Source: the human T2T-CHM13v2.0 reference genome, Homo sapiens. Taken from it: a DNA stretch of 64,000 nucleotides. The notes under the pieces are model-generated. The model saw only the letters and a list, made by a program, of their open reading frames with translations, had not been told where the DNA came from and did not search any database. This document shows positions 1 to 14,000 of the stretch, one piece after another. Every line of letters starts with the position of its first letter. The stretch's first letter is position 1. Where the stretch lies: assembly GCF_009914755.1 (NCBI RefSeq), contig NC_060948.1. The stretch is one strand, 5' to 3'. The position numbers and the translations under genes are program-made.

Positions 1-1607
1 GAATGTAATCGAATGGATTAGACTGGAATGCAATGGACTCGAATAGATTGGAAACGGAATGCAAAGGAATGGAATGGAATAGTATGGAATGGAATGGAAA
101 GGAATGGAGTGGAATAGACTAGAGTGGAATGGAATGGACTGGAAAGCAATGGACTGGAATGGAACTTTCTTGAATGGACTGGAATCAAACGGAATGGAAT
201 GCAATGCAATCAAATGGCATGGAATAAAATAGAATGAAAGAGAATCAAATGGAATTGAATCGAATGGAATCGAATGGATTGGAAAGGAATAGAATGGAAT
301 GGAATGGAATTGACTCAAATGGAATGGACTAGAATGGAATGGATTCGAATGGAAGGCAAAGGAATGGAATCTATTGGAATGGACTGTAATGGAATGGAAT
401 GGAAGGGATTGGAATGGACTCGAATGGAATGGACTGCAATAGAAAGGATTCGAATGGAATGAAAAAGAGTTGAATGGAATAGAACAGAATGGAATCAAAT
501 CGAATGAAATGGAATGGAATAGAAAGGAATGGAATGAAATGGAATGGAAAGGATTCGAATGGAATGCAATCGAATGGAATGGAATCGAACGGAATGGAAT
601 AAAATGGAAGAAAACTGGCAAGAAATGGAATCGAAATGAATGGAGTGTTATGGAACGGACTCAAAAGGAATTGAATGTAATAGAATGGAGTGGAGTGGAC
701 TCGAATATAATGGACTGGAATGGAATGAAATCACATGGAATGGGAACGAATGGAATGGAATGGAAAGGAATGGAATCGAATGGAAAGGAATCGAATGGAA
801 GGGAATGAAATTGAATCAACAGGAATGGAAGGGAATAGAATAGACGGTAATGGAATGGACTCGAATAGAATGGACACGAATGCTCAAATTGAATGGACTC
901 GAATGGAATGGAAACGAAGGAATGTCATCGAATGGAATTGAATCGATTGGAATGAAATCGCATAGAATGGAGTGGAATCAAATGGAATTGAATCGAAAGG
1001 AAAGGAAGCGAATGGACTGAAATGAAATGGAATGGAATTGAATGGAAAGTAATGCAATGGAATAGAATGGAACGAAATTTCACGGAATGGAATCAAACTG
1101 AATGGAATCAAATCAATGGAATCAAATCAAATGGAATGGAAAGGAATTGAATGGAGTAGATTGGATTGGATGGGATTGGAATGAAATGTACTGGAAAGGA
1201 CTCGAATTTCATGAAACGGAATGGAATGAATTGGAACGGAATGGACTCAAATGGAATGGAATGTCATGGAATGGCATCAAGTGGAATGGCATCAAATGGA
1301 ATGGAATCGAATGCAATGGAATGCTATCGAATGGAATGGAATGCATTGGAATGGAATGTCCTCTAATGGAATGGATTCGAGTGGAATGGAATCGAATATA
1401 ATGGAGTCGAATGAAAAGGAATTGAAAGGAATGGGATCGAATACAATGGAATATACTGGAATGTAATGTAATGAACTCGAATGTAATTGACTGGAATGGA
1501 ATGTACATGAATGGAATGTAATCGAATGGAAAGTAATCCAAAGGAATAGAATCTAATGCAATAAAATCGACTCAGATAGAGTAGAATGTAATGGAATGGA
1601 GGGCAGT

Positions 1608-1682
1608 GCAATGGAATGGAATGGAATGGAATGCAATGGAATGGAATGGAATGGAATGGAATGGAATGGAATGGAATGGGAT
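1608..1682 (+). repeat. Near-perfect (GGAAT)n microsatellite tract inside the unit (first copy, one per unit)
   Basis: After GCAGTGCAAT comes (GGAAT)4 GCAAT (GGAAT)8 GGGAT. The homologous tract in other units has a variable copy number. Confidence 0.9.
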
Positions 1683-1906
1683 GGAATGGTATGGAATGGA
1701 TAGTAATGGACTGGAATGAAATGGACTGGAAAAGAATGGACTCAAATTGAAAGGGCTCGAAAGGAATGGAGTCAAATGGAATGGTCTGGAATGGAATGAA
1801 CACGAATGTAATGCAATCCAATAGAATGGAATCGAATGGCATGGAATATAAAGAAATGGAATCGAAGAGAATGGAAACAAATGGAATGGAATTGAATGGA
1901 ATGGAA

Positions 1907-2060
1907 TTGAATGGAATGGGAACGAATGGAGTGAAATTGTATGCAGTAGAAGAGAATAGAATGGAATGCAAGCGAAAGGAAAGGAATGGATTGCAATGGA
2001 ATGGAATTCATTGGAATGGAAGGGAATGTAGTGTAATGGACAGGCCTGGAATAAAGTGGA
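1907..2060. other. DYZ1 landmark segment with EcoRI (2004-2009) and HaeIII/StuI (2042-2047) sites; classic Y-sexing PCR target (first copy, repeated in U1-U17)
   Basis: TTGAATGGAATGGGAACGAATGG at 1907-1929 and GGACAGGCCTGGAATAAAGTGGA at 2038-2060 match, from memory, the Y1.2 primer and the reverse complement of the Y1.1 primer. GAATTC and AGGCCT are seen directly. Confidence 0.8.
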
Positions 2061-5000
2061 ATGCTACGGTCTCGAATGGAATAAAAATGTATGGAATGGA
2101 ATGCAATGAAACGGAATCGAATGTCATAGAATGTAATGGAATGCAAAAAAATGGAATCCAAAATCATTGACTGGAAAGGCTGGGTGTCGAAAGGAATTGA
2201 CTCCAATGGAATGGAATCGAATGGAATGGAAGTGAATAGAATCGAACTAAATCGAATGGAAAGGAATTGATAGGAACGGAATGGAAAGGAATGCAATGAT
2301 TTGGCATGGAATGGAATCGAATGGCATCGAATGGAATGGAATGGAATACAATGGAATGGAATGTATTAGAATGTAATGAACATTAATGGAATGTACTCGA
2401 ATGGATTCGACTGGAATGGAATGTTCTGGAAGTGAATGGACTCCAATGGAATGGATTCGAAAGGAATGGAATCGAACGGAATGGAATCTAATGGAATGGA
2501 ATTAAATGGAAATGAATCAAATTGAATAGCACGGAATTGAATTGAATGGAATCGAATGCAATGGAATCTAATGAAACGGAAAGGAAAGGAATGGAATGGA
2601 ATGGAATGGGCTGGAATGGAAAGGAATCGAAACGAATGGAATGGAATCGAACTGAAGAGACTGGAATGGAATGCACTGGAATGGAAGGGAGTGTAATGGA
2701 AGGTTCTCGAAAATAATGGAAGCAAATGGAATGGAATTGAATGGAACGGAATAGAGTCGAATGGAATTGAATGGAATGGAATGGACTAGAGTGAAATGGA
2801 ATCGAACCACAAGGAATGGAGAGGAATAGAATGGTCTCGAATTGAATGGAATCGTATGGAATGGCATCAAACGGAATGGAATGGACAGCCACGGAATGGA
2901 ATGCACTCGAATGCAATGGAGTCGAAACTTATGGACTGGAATAGAATGGACTCGACTGGTACGGACACCAATGGAATGGAATCGAATGGAAGGGATTCGA
3001 ACGGAATGGACTCGAAGGGAAAAGACTGCAATGGAAAGGTCTCGAATGGAATGGAAATTAATGGAATGGAATGGAATCGAATGAAATGGAGTCAAAAGGA
3101 ATGGAATCGAATGGCAAGAAATCGAATGTAATGGAATCGCAAGGAATTGATTTGAACGGAACGGAATGGAATGGAATCCAAAGGAATGGAATAGAATGGA
3201 ATGGAATCGAATGGAAAGGACTCGAATGGAAATCACTCGAATAGAATGCAATTTAATAAAATAGGATCAAATGTAATTGAATGGAATGGAAAGGAATCGA
3301 AACGAAAGGAATGGAGACAGATGGAATGGAATGGAACAGGGAGCAATGGTATAGAATGGAATGGAATCATCTGGAATGGAATTGAATGGAATGGAATAAT
3401 ATGAAATGGAATGGAATGGAATGGAATGGAATGCCCTTGAATTAAATGGACTGGAATGGAATGGACTCGAACAGAGTGGAATGGAAAGTGTTGAGATAGA
3501 ATGGAATGGACTCTTTTGGAATGGTCTAGTATGCAATGCAATCGACTGGCAGGGAATCAAAAGGAATGTAATCGAATGGATTAGACTGGAATGCAATGGA
3601 CTCGAATAGATTGGAAACGGAATGCAAAGGAATGGAATGGAATAGTATGGAATGGAATGGAAAGGAATGGAGTGGAATAGACTAGAGTGGAATGGAATGG
3701 ACTGGAAAGCAATGGACTGGAATGGAACTTTCTTGAATGGACTGGAATCAAACGGAATGGAATGCAATGCAATCAAATGGCATGGAATAAAATAGAATGA
3801 AAGAGAATCAAATGGAATTGAATCGAATGGAATCGAATGGATTGGAAAGGAATAGAATGGAATGGAATGGAATTGACTCAAATGGAATGGACTAGAATGG
3901 AATGGATTCGAATGGAAGGCAAAGGAATGGAATCTATTGGAATGGACTGTAATGGAATGGAATGGAAGGGATTGGAATGGACTCGAATGGAATGGACTGC
4001 AATAGAAAGGATTCGAATGGAATGAAAAAGAGTTGAATGGAATAGAACAGAATGGAATCAAATCGAATGAAATGGAATGGAATAGAAAGGAATGGAATGA
4101 AATGGAATGGAATGGAAAGGATTCGAATGGAATGCAATCGAATGGAATGGAATCGAACGGAATGGAATAAAATGGAAGAAAACTGGCAAGAAATGGAATC
4201 GAAATGAATGGAGTGTTATGGAACGGACTCAAAAGGAATTGAATGTAATAGAATGGAGTGGAGTGGACTCGAATATAATGGACTGGAATGGAATGAAATC
4301 ACATGGAATGGGAACGAATGGAATGGAATGGAAAGGAATGGAATCGAATGGAAAGGAATCGAATGGAAGGGAATGAAATTGAATCAACAGGAATGGAAGG
4401 GAATAGAATAGACGGTAATGGAATGGACTCGAATAGAATGGACACGAATGCTCAAATTGAATGGACTCGAATGGAATGGAAACGAAAGGAATGTCATCGA
4501 ATGGAATTGAATCGATTGGAATGAAATCGCATAGAATGGAGTGGAATCAAATGGAATTGAATCGAAAGGAAAGGAAGCGAATGGACTGAAATGAAATGGA
4601 ATGGAATTGAATGGAAAGTAATGCAATGGAATAGAATGGAACGAAATTTCACGGAATGGAATCAAACTGAATGGAATCAAATCAATGGAATCAAATCAAA
4701 TGGAATGGAAAGGAATTGAATGGAGTAGATTGGATTGGATGGGATTGGAATGAAATGTACTGGAAAGGACTCGAATTTCATGAAACGGAATGGAATGAAT
4801 TGGAACGGAATGGACTCAAATGGAATGGAATGTCATGGAATGGCATCAAGTGGAATGGCATCAAATGGAATGGAATCGAATGCAATGGAATGCTATCGAA
4901 TGGAATGGAATGCATTGGAATGGAATGTCCTCTAATGGAATGGATTCGAGTGGAATGGAATCGAATATAATGGAGTCGAATGAAAAGGAATTGAAAGGAA

Positions 5001-8000
5001 TGGGATCGAATACAATGGAATATACTGGAATGTAATGTAATGAACTCGAATGTAATTGACTGGAATGGAATGTACATGAATGGAATGTAATCGAATGGAA
5101 AGTAATCCAATGGAATAGAATCTAATGCAATAAAATCGACTCAGATAGAGTAGAATGTAATGGAATGGAGGGCAGTGCAATGGAATGGAATGGAATGGAA
5201 TGCAATGGAATGGAATGGAATGGAATGGAATGGAATGGAATGGAATGGAATGGGATGGAATGGTATGGAATGGATAGTAATGGACTGGAATGAAATGGAC
5301 TGGAAAAGAATGGACTCAAATTGAAAGGGCTCGAAAGGAATGGAGTCAAATGGAATGGTCTGGAATGGAATGAACACGAATGTAATGCAATCCAATAGAA
5401 TGGAATCGAATGGCATGGAATATAAAGAAATGGAATCGAAGAGAATGGAAACAAATGGAATGGAATTGAATGGAATGGAATTGAATGGAATGGGAACGAA
5501 TGGAGTGAAATTGTATGCAGTAGAAGAGAATAGAATGGAATGCAAGCGAAAGGAAAGGAATGGATTGCAATGGAATGGAATTCATTGAAATGGAAGGAAA
5601 TGTAGTGTAATGGACAGGCCTGGAATAAAGTGGAATGCTACGGTCTCGAATGGAATAAAAATGTATGGAATGGAATGCAATGAAACGGAATCGAATGTCA
5701 TAGAATGTAATGGAATGCAAAAAAATGGAATCCAAAATCATTGACTGGAAAGGCTGGGTGTCGAAAGGAATTGACTCCAATGGAATGGAATCGAATGGAA
5801 TGGAAGTGAATAGAATCGAACTAAATCGAATGGAATGGAATTGATAGGAACGGAATGGAAAGGAATGCAATGATTTGGCATGGAATGGAATCGAATGGCA
5901 TCGAATGGAATGGAATGGAATGCAATGGAATGGAATGTATTAGAATGTAATGAACATTAATGGAATGTACTCGAATGGATTCGACTGGAATGGAATGTTC
6001 TGGAAGTGAATGGACTCCAATGGAATGGATTCGAAAGGAATGGAATCGAACGGAATGGAATCTAATGGAATGGAATTAAATGGAAATGAATCAAATTGAA
6101 TAGCCGGAATTGAATTGAATGGAATCGAATGCAATGGAATCTAATGAAACGGAAAGGAAAGGAATGGAATGGAATGGAATGGGCTGGAATGGAAAGGAAT
6201 CGAAACGAATGGAATGGAATCGAACTGAAGAGACTGGAATGGAATGCACTGGAATGGAAGGGATTGTAATGGAAGGTTCTCGAAAATAATGGAAGCAAAT
6301 GGAATGGAATTGAATGGAACGGAATAGAGTCGAATGGAATTGAATGGAATGGAATGGACTAGAGTGAAATGGAATCGAACCACAAGGAATGGACAGGAAT
6401 AGAATGGTCTCGAATTGAATGGAATCGTATGGAATGGCATCAAACGGAATGGAATGGACAGCCACGGAATGGAATGGACTCGAATGCAATGGAGTCGAAA
6501 CTTATGGACTGGAATAGAATGGACTCGACTGGTACGGACTCCAATGGAATGGAATCGAATGGAAGGGATTCGAACGGAATGGACTCGAAGGGAAAAGACT
6601 GCAATGGAAAGGTCTCGAATGGAATGGAAATTAATGGAATGGAATGGAATCGAATGAAATGGAGTCAAAAGGAATGGAATCGAATGGCAAGAAATCGAAT
6701 GTAATGGAATCGCAAGGAATTGATGTGAATGGAACGGAATGGAATGGAATCCAAAGGAATGGAATAGAATGGAATGGAATCGAATGGAAAGGACTCGAAT
6801 GGAAATCACTCGAATAGAATGCAATTTAATAAAATAGGATCAAATGTAATGGAATGGAATGGAAAGGAATCGAAACGAAAGGAATGGAGACAGATGGAAT
6901 GGAATGGAACAGAGAGCAATGGTATAGAATGGAATGGAATCATCTGGAATGGAATTGAATGGAATGGAATAATATGAAATGGAATGGAATGGAATGGAAT
7001 GGAATGCCCTTGAATTAAATGGACTGGAATGGAATGGACTCGAACAGAGTGGAATGGAAAGTGTTGAGATAGAATGGAATGGACTCCTTTGGAATGGTCT
7101 AGTATGCAATGCAATCGACTGGCAGGGAATCAAAAGGAATGTAATGAAATGGATTGGACTGGAATGCAATGGACTCGAATAGATTGGAAACGGAATGCAA
7201 AGGAATGGAATGGAATAGTATGGAATAGAATGGAAAGGAATGGAGTGGAATAGACTAGAGTGGAATGGAATGGACTGGAAAGCAATGGACTGGAATGGAA
7301 CTTTCTTGAATGGACTGGAATCAAACGGAATGGAATGCAATGCAATCAAATGGCATGGAATAAAATAGAATGAAAGAGAATCAAATGGAATTGAATCGAA
7401 TGGAATCGAATGGATTGGAAAGGAATAGAATGGAATGGAATGGAATTGACTCAAATGGAATGGACTAGAATGGAATGGATTCGAATGGAAGGCAAAGGAA
7501 TGGAATCTATTGGAATGGACTGTAATGGAATGGAATGGAAGGGATTGGAATGGACTCGAATGGAATGGACTGCAATAGAAAGGATTCGAATGGAATGAAA
7601 AAGAATTGAATGGAATAGAACAGAATGGAATCAAATCGAATGAAATGGAATGGAATAGAAAGGAATGGAATGAAATGGAATGGAAAGGATTCGAATGGAA
7701 TGCAATCGAATGGAATGGAATCGAACGGAATGGAATAAAATGGAAGAAAACTGGCAAGAAATGGAATCGAAATGAATGGAGTGTTATGGAACGGACTCAA
7801 AAGGAATTGAATGTAATAGAATGGAGTGGAGTGGACTCGAATATAATGGACTGGAATGGAATGAAATCACATGGAATGGGAACGAATGGAATGGAATGGA
7901 AAGGAATGGAATCGAATGGAAAGGAATCGAATGGAAGGGAATGAAATTGAATCAACAGGAATGGAAGGGAATAGAATAGACGGTAATGGAATGGACTCGA

Positions 8001-11000
8001 ATAGAATGGACACGCATGCTCAAATTGAATGGATTCGAATGGAATGGAAACGAAAGGAATGTCATCGAATGGAATTGAATCGATTGGAATGAAATCGCAT
8101 AGAATGGAGTGGAATCAAATGGAATTGAATCGAAAGGAAAGGAAGCGAATGGACTGAAATGAAATGGAATGGAATTGAATGGAAAGTAATGCAATGGAAT
8201 AGAATGGAACGAAATTTCACGGAATGGAATCAAACTGAATGGAATCAAATCAATGGAATCAAATCAAATGGAATGGAGTAGATTGGATTGGATGGGATTG
8301 GAATGAAATGTACTGGAAAGGACTCGAATTTCATGAAACGGAATGGAATGAATTGGAACGGAATGGACTCGAATGGAATGGAATGTCATAGAATGGCATC
8401 AAATGGAATGGCATCAAATGGAATGGAATCGAATGCAATGGAATGCTATGGAATGGAATGGAATGCATTGGAATGGAATGTCCTCTAATGGAATGGATTC
8501 GAGTGGAATGGAATCGAATATAATGGAGTCGAATGAAATGGAATTGAAAGGAATGGGATCGAATACAATGGAATATACTGGAATGTAATGTAATGAACTC
8601 GAATGTAATCGACTGGAATGGAATGTACATGAATGGAATGTAATCGAATGGAAAGTAATCCAATGGAATAGAATCTAATGCAATAAAATCGACTCAGATA
8701 GAGTAGAATGTAATGGAATGGAGTGCAGTGCAATGGAATGGAATGGAATGGAATGGAATGCAATGGAATGGAATGGAATGGAATGGAATGGAATGGAATG
8801 GAATGGGATTGAATGGTATGGAATGGATAGTAATGGACTGGAGTGAAATGGACTGGAAAGGAATGGACTCAAATTGAAAGGGCTCGAAAGGAATGGAGTC
8901 AAATGGAATGGTCTGGAATGGAATGAACACGAATGTAATGCAATCCAATAGAATGGAATCGAATGGCATGGAATATAAAGAAATGGAATCGAAGAGAATG
9001 GAAACAAATGGAATGGAATTGAATGGAATGGAATTGAATGGAATGGGAACGAATGGAGTGAAATTGTATGCAGTAGAAGGGAATAGAATGGAATGCAACC
9101 GAAAGGAAAGGAATGGATTGGAATGGAATGGAATTCATTGGAATGGAAGGGAATGTAGTGTAATGGACAGGCCTGGAATAAAGTGGAATGCTACGGTCTC
9201 GAATGGAATAAAAATGTATGGAATGGAATGCAATGAAACGGAATCGAATGTCATAGAATGTAATGGAATGCAAAAAAATGGAATCCAAAATCATTGACTG
9301 GAAAGGCTGGGTGTCGAAAGGAATTGACTCCAATGGAATGGAATCGAATGGAATGGAAGTGAATAGAATCGAACTAAATCGAATGGAATGGAATTGATAG
9401 GAACGGAATGGAAAGGAATGCAATGATTTGGCATGGAATGGAATCGAATGGCATCGAATGGAATGGAATGGAATGCAATGGAATGGAATGTATTAGAATG
9501 TAATGAACATTAATGGAATGTACTCGAATGGATTCGACTGGAATGGAATGTTCTGGAAGTGAATGGACTCCAATGGAATGGATTCGAAAGGAATGGAATC
9601 GAACGGAATGGAATCTAATGGAATGGAATTAAATGGAAATGAATCAAATTGAATAGCACGGAATTGAATTGAATGGAATCGAATGCAATGGAATCTAATG
9701 AAACGGAAAGGAAAGGAATGGAATGGAATGGAATGGGCTGGAATGGAAAGGAATCGAAACGAATGGAATGGAATCGAACTGAAGAGACTGGAATGGAATG
9801 CACTGGAATGGAAGGGAGTGTAATGGAAGGTTCTCGAAAATAATGGAAGCAAATGGAATGGAATTGAATGGAACGGAATAGAGTCGAATGGAATTGAATG
9901 GAATGGAATGGACTAGAGTGAAATGGAATCGAACCACAAGGAATGGACAGGAATAGAATGGTCTCGAATTGAATGGAATCGTATGGAATGGCATCAAACG
10001 GAATGGAATGGACAGCCACGGAATGGAATGCACTCGAATGCAACGGAGTCGAAACTTATGGACTGGAATAGAATGGACTCGACTGGTACGGACACCAATG
10101 GAATGGAATCGAATGGAAGGGATTCGAACGGAATGGACTCGAAGGGAAAAGACTGCAATGGAAAGGTCTCGAATGGAATGGAAATTAATGGAATGGAATA
10201 GAATCGAATGAAATGGAGTCAAAAGGAATGGAATCGAATGGCAAGAAATCGAATGTAATGGAATCGCAAGGAATTGATGTGAACGGAACGGAATGGAATG
10301 GAATCCAAAGGAATGGAGTAGAATGGAATGGAATCGAATGGAAAGGACTCGAATGGAAATCACTCGAATAGAATGCAATTTAATAAAATAGGATCAAATG
10401 TAATTGAATGGAATGGAAAGGAATCGAAACGAAAGGAATGGAGACAGATGGAATGGAATGGAACAGGGAGCAATGGTATAGAATGGAATGGAATCATCTG
10501 GAATGGAATTGAATGGAATGGAATAATATGAAATGGAATGGAATGGAATGGAATGGAATGCCCTTGAATTAAATGGACTGGAATGGAATGGACTCGAACA
10601 GAGTGGAATGGAAAGTGTTGAGATAGAATGGAATGGACTCTTTTGGAATGGTCTAGTATGCAATGCAATCGACTGGCAGGGAATCAAAAGGAATGTAATC
10701 GAATGGATTAGACTGGAATGCAATGGACTCGAATAGATTGGAAACGGAATGCAAAGGAATGGAATGGAATAGTATGGAATGGAATGGAAAGGAATGGAGT
10801 GGAATAGACTAGAGTGGAATGGAATGGACTGGAAAGCAATGGACTGGAATGGAACTTTCTTGAATGGACTGGAATCAAACGGAATGGAATGCAATGCAAT
10901 CAAATGGCATGGAATAAAATAGAATGAAAGAGAATCAAATGGAATTGAATCGAATGGAATCGAATGGATTGGAAAGGAATAGAATGGAATGGAATGGAAT

Positions 11001-14000
11001 TGACTCAAATGGAATGGACTAGAATGGAATGGATTCGAATGGAAGGCAAAGGAATGGAATCTATTGGAATGGACTGTAATGGAATGGAATGGAAGGGATT
11101 GGAATGGACTCGAATGGAATGGACTGCAATAGAAAGGATTCGAATGGAATGAAAAAGAGTTGAATGGAATAGAACAGAATGGAATCAAATCGAATGAAAT
11201 GGAATGGAATAGAAAGGAATGGAATGAAATGGAATGGAAAGGATTCGAATGGAATGCAATCGAATGGAATGGAATCGAACGGAATGGAATAAAATGGAAG
11301 AAAACTGGCAAGAAATGGAATCGAAATGAATGGAGTGTTATGGAACGGACTCAAAAGGAATTGAATGTAATAGAATGGAGTGGAGTGGACTCGAATATAA
11401 TGGACTGGAATGGAATGAAATCACATGGAATGGGAACGAATGGAATGGAATGGAAAGGAATGGAATCGAATGGAAAGGAATCGAATGGAAGGGAATGAAA
11501 TTGAATCAACAGGAATGGAAGGGAATAGAATAGACGGTAATGGAATGGACTCGAATAGAATGGACACGAATGCTCAAATTGAATGGACTCGAATGGAATG
11601 GAAACGAAAGGAATGTCATCGAATGGAATTGAATCGATTGGAATGAAATCGCATAGAATGGAGTGGAATCAAATGGAATTGAATCGAAAGGAAAGGAAGC
11701 GAATGGACTGAAATGAAATGGAATGGAATTGAATGGAAAGTAATGCAATGGAATAGAATGGAACGAAATTTCACGGAATGGAATCAAACTGAATGGAATC
11801 AAATCAATGGAATCAAATCAAATGGAATGGAAAGGAATTGAATGGAGTAGATTGGATTGGATGGGATTGGAATGAAATGTACTGGAAAGGACTCGAATTT
11901 CATGAAACGGAATGGAATGAATTGGAACGGAATGGACTCAAATGGAATGGAATGTCATGGAATGGCATCAAGTGGAATGGCATCAAATGGAATGGAATCG
12001 AATGCAATGGAATGCTATCGAATGGAATGGAATGCATTGGAATGGAATGTCCTCTAATGGAATGGATTCGAGTGGAATGGAATCGAATATAATGGAGTCG
12101 AATGAAAAGGAATTGAAAGGAATGGGATCGAATACAATGGAATATACTGGAATGTAATGTAATGAACTCGAATGTAATTGACTGGAATGGAAAGTACATG
12201 AATGGAATGTAATCGAATGGAAAGTAATCCAATGGAATAGAATCTAATGCAATAAAATCGACTCAGATAGAGTAGAATGTAATGGAATGGAGGGCAGTGC
12301 AATGGAATGGAATGGAATGGAATGCAATGGAATGGAATGGAATGGAATGGAATGGAATGGAATGGAATGGGATGGAATGGTATGGAATGGATAGTAATGG
12401 ACTGGAATGAAATGGACTGGAAAAGAATGGACTCAAATTGAAAGGGCTCGAAAGGAATGGAGTCAAATGGAATGGTCTGGAATGGAATGAACACGAATGT
12501 AATGCAATCCAATAGAATGGAATCGAATGGCATGGAATATAAAGAAATGGAATCGAAGAGAATGGAAACAAATGGAATGGAATTGAATGGAATGGAATTG
12601 AATGGAATGGGAACGAATGGAGTGAAATTGTATGCAGTAGAAGAGAATAGAATGGAATGCAAGCGAAAGGAAAGGAATGGATTGCAATGGAATGGAATTC
12701 ATTGAAATGGAAGGAAATGTAGTGTAATGGACAGGCCTGGAATAAAGTGGAATGCTACGGTCTCGAATGGAATAAAAATGTATGGAATGGAATGCAATTA
12801 AACGGAATCGAATGTCATAGAATGTAATGGAATGCAAAAAAATGGAATCCAAAATCATTGACTGGAAAGGCTGGGTGTCGAAAGGAATTGACTCCAATGG
12901 AATGGAATCGAATGGAATGGAAGTGAATAGAATCGAACTAAATCGAATGGAATGGAATTGATAGGAACGGAATGGAAAGGAATGCAATGATTTGGCATGG
13001 AATGGAATCGAATGGCATCGAATGGAATGGAATGGAATGCAATGGAAAGGAATGTATTAGAATGTAATGAACATTAATGGAATGTACTCGAATGGATTCG
13101 ACTGGAATGGAATGTTCTGGAAGTGAATGGACTCCAATGGAATGGATTCGAAAGGAATGGAATCGAACGGAATGGAATCTAATGGAATGGAATTAAATGG
13201 AAATGAATCAAATTGAATAGCCGGAATTGAATTGAATGGAATCGAATGCAATGGAATCTAATGAAACGGAAAGGAAAGGAATGGAATGGAATGGAATGGG
13301 CTGGAATGGAAAGGAATCGAAACGAATGGAATGGAAGCGAACTGAAGAGACTGGAATGGAATGCACTGGAATGGAAGGGATTGTAATGGAAGGTTCTCGA
13401 AAATAATGGAAGCAAATGGAATGGAATTGAATGGAACGGAATAGAGTCGAATGGAATTGAATGGAATGGAATGGACTAGAGTGAAATGGAATCGAACCAC
13501 AAGGAATGGACAGGAATAGAATGGTCTCGAATTGAATGGAATCGTATGGAATGGCATCAAACGGAATGGAATGGACAGCCACGGAATGGAATGGACTCGA
13601 ATGCAATGGAGTCGAAACTTATGGACTGGAATAGAATGGACTCGACTGGTACGGACTCCAATGGAATGGAATCGAATGGAAGGGATTCGAACGGAATGGA
13701 CTCGAAGGGAAAAGACTGCAATGGAAAGGTCTCGAATGGAATGGAAATTAATGGAATGGAATGGAATCGAATGAAATGGAGTCAAAAGGAATGGAATCGA
13801 ATGGCAAGAAATCGAATGTAATGGAATCGCAAGGAATTGATGTGAATGGAACGGAATGGAATGGAATCCAAAGGAATGGAATAGAATGGAATGGAATCGA
13901 ATGGAAAGGACTCGAATGGAAATCACTCGAATAGAATGCAATTTAATAAAATAGGATCAAATGTAATGGAATGGAATGGAAAGGAATCGAAACGAAAGGA

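Noticed and set aside
1150-1185. Telomere-like or G-quadruplex motif (GATTGGATGGGATTGG)
   Set aside because: These are just pentamer variants, with no TTAGGG tandem and too few GGG runs for a canonical G4.
4096-4115. Extra GGAAT pentamer private to U2 and absent in its duplicate U4
   Set aside because: A single slippage event or consensus error, not informative on its own.
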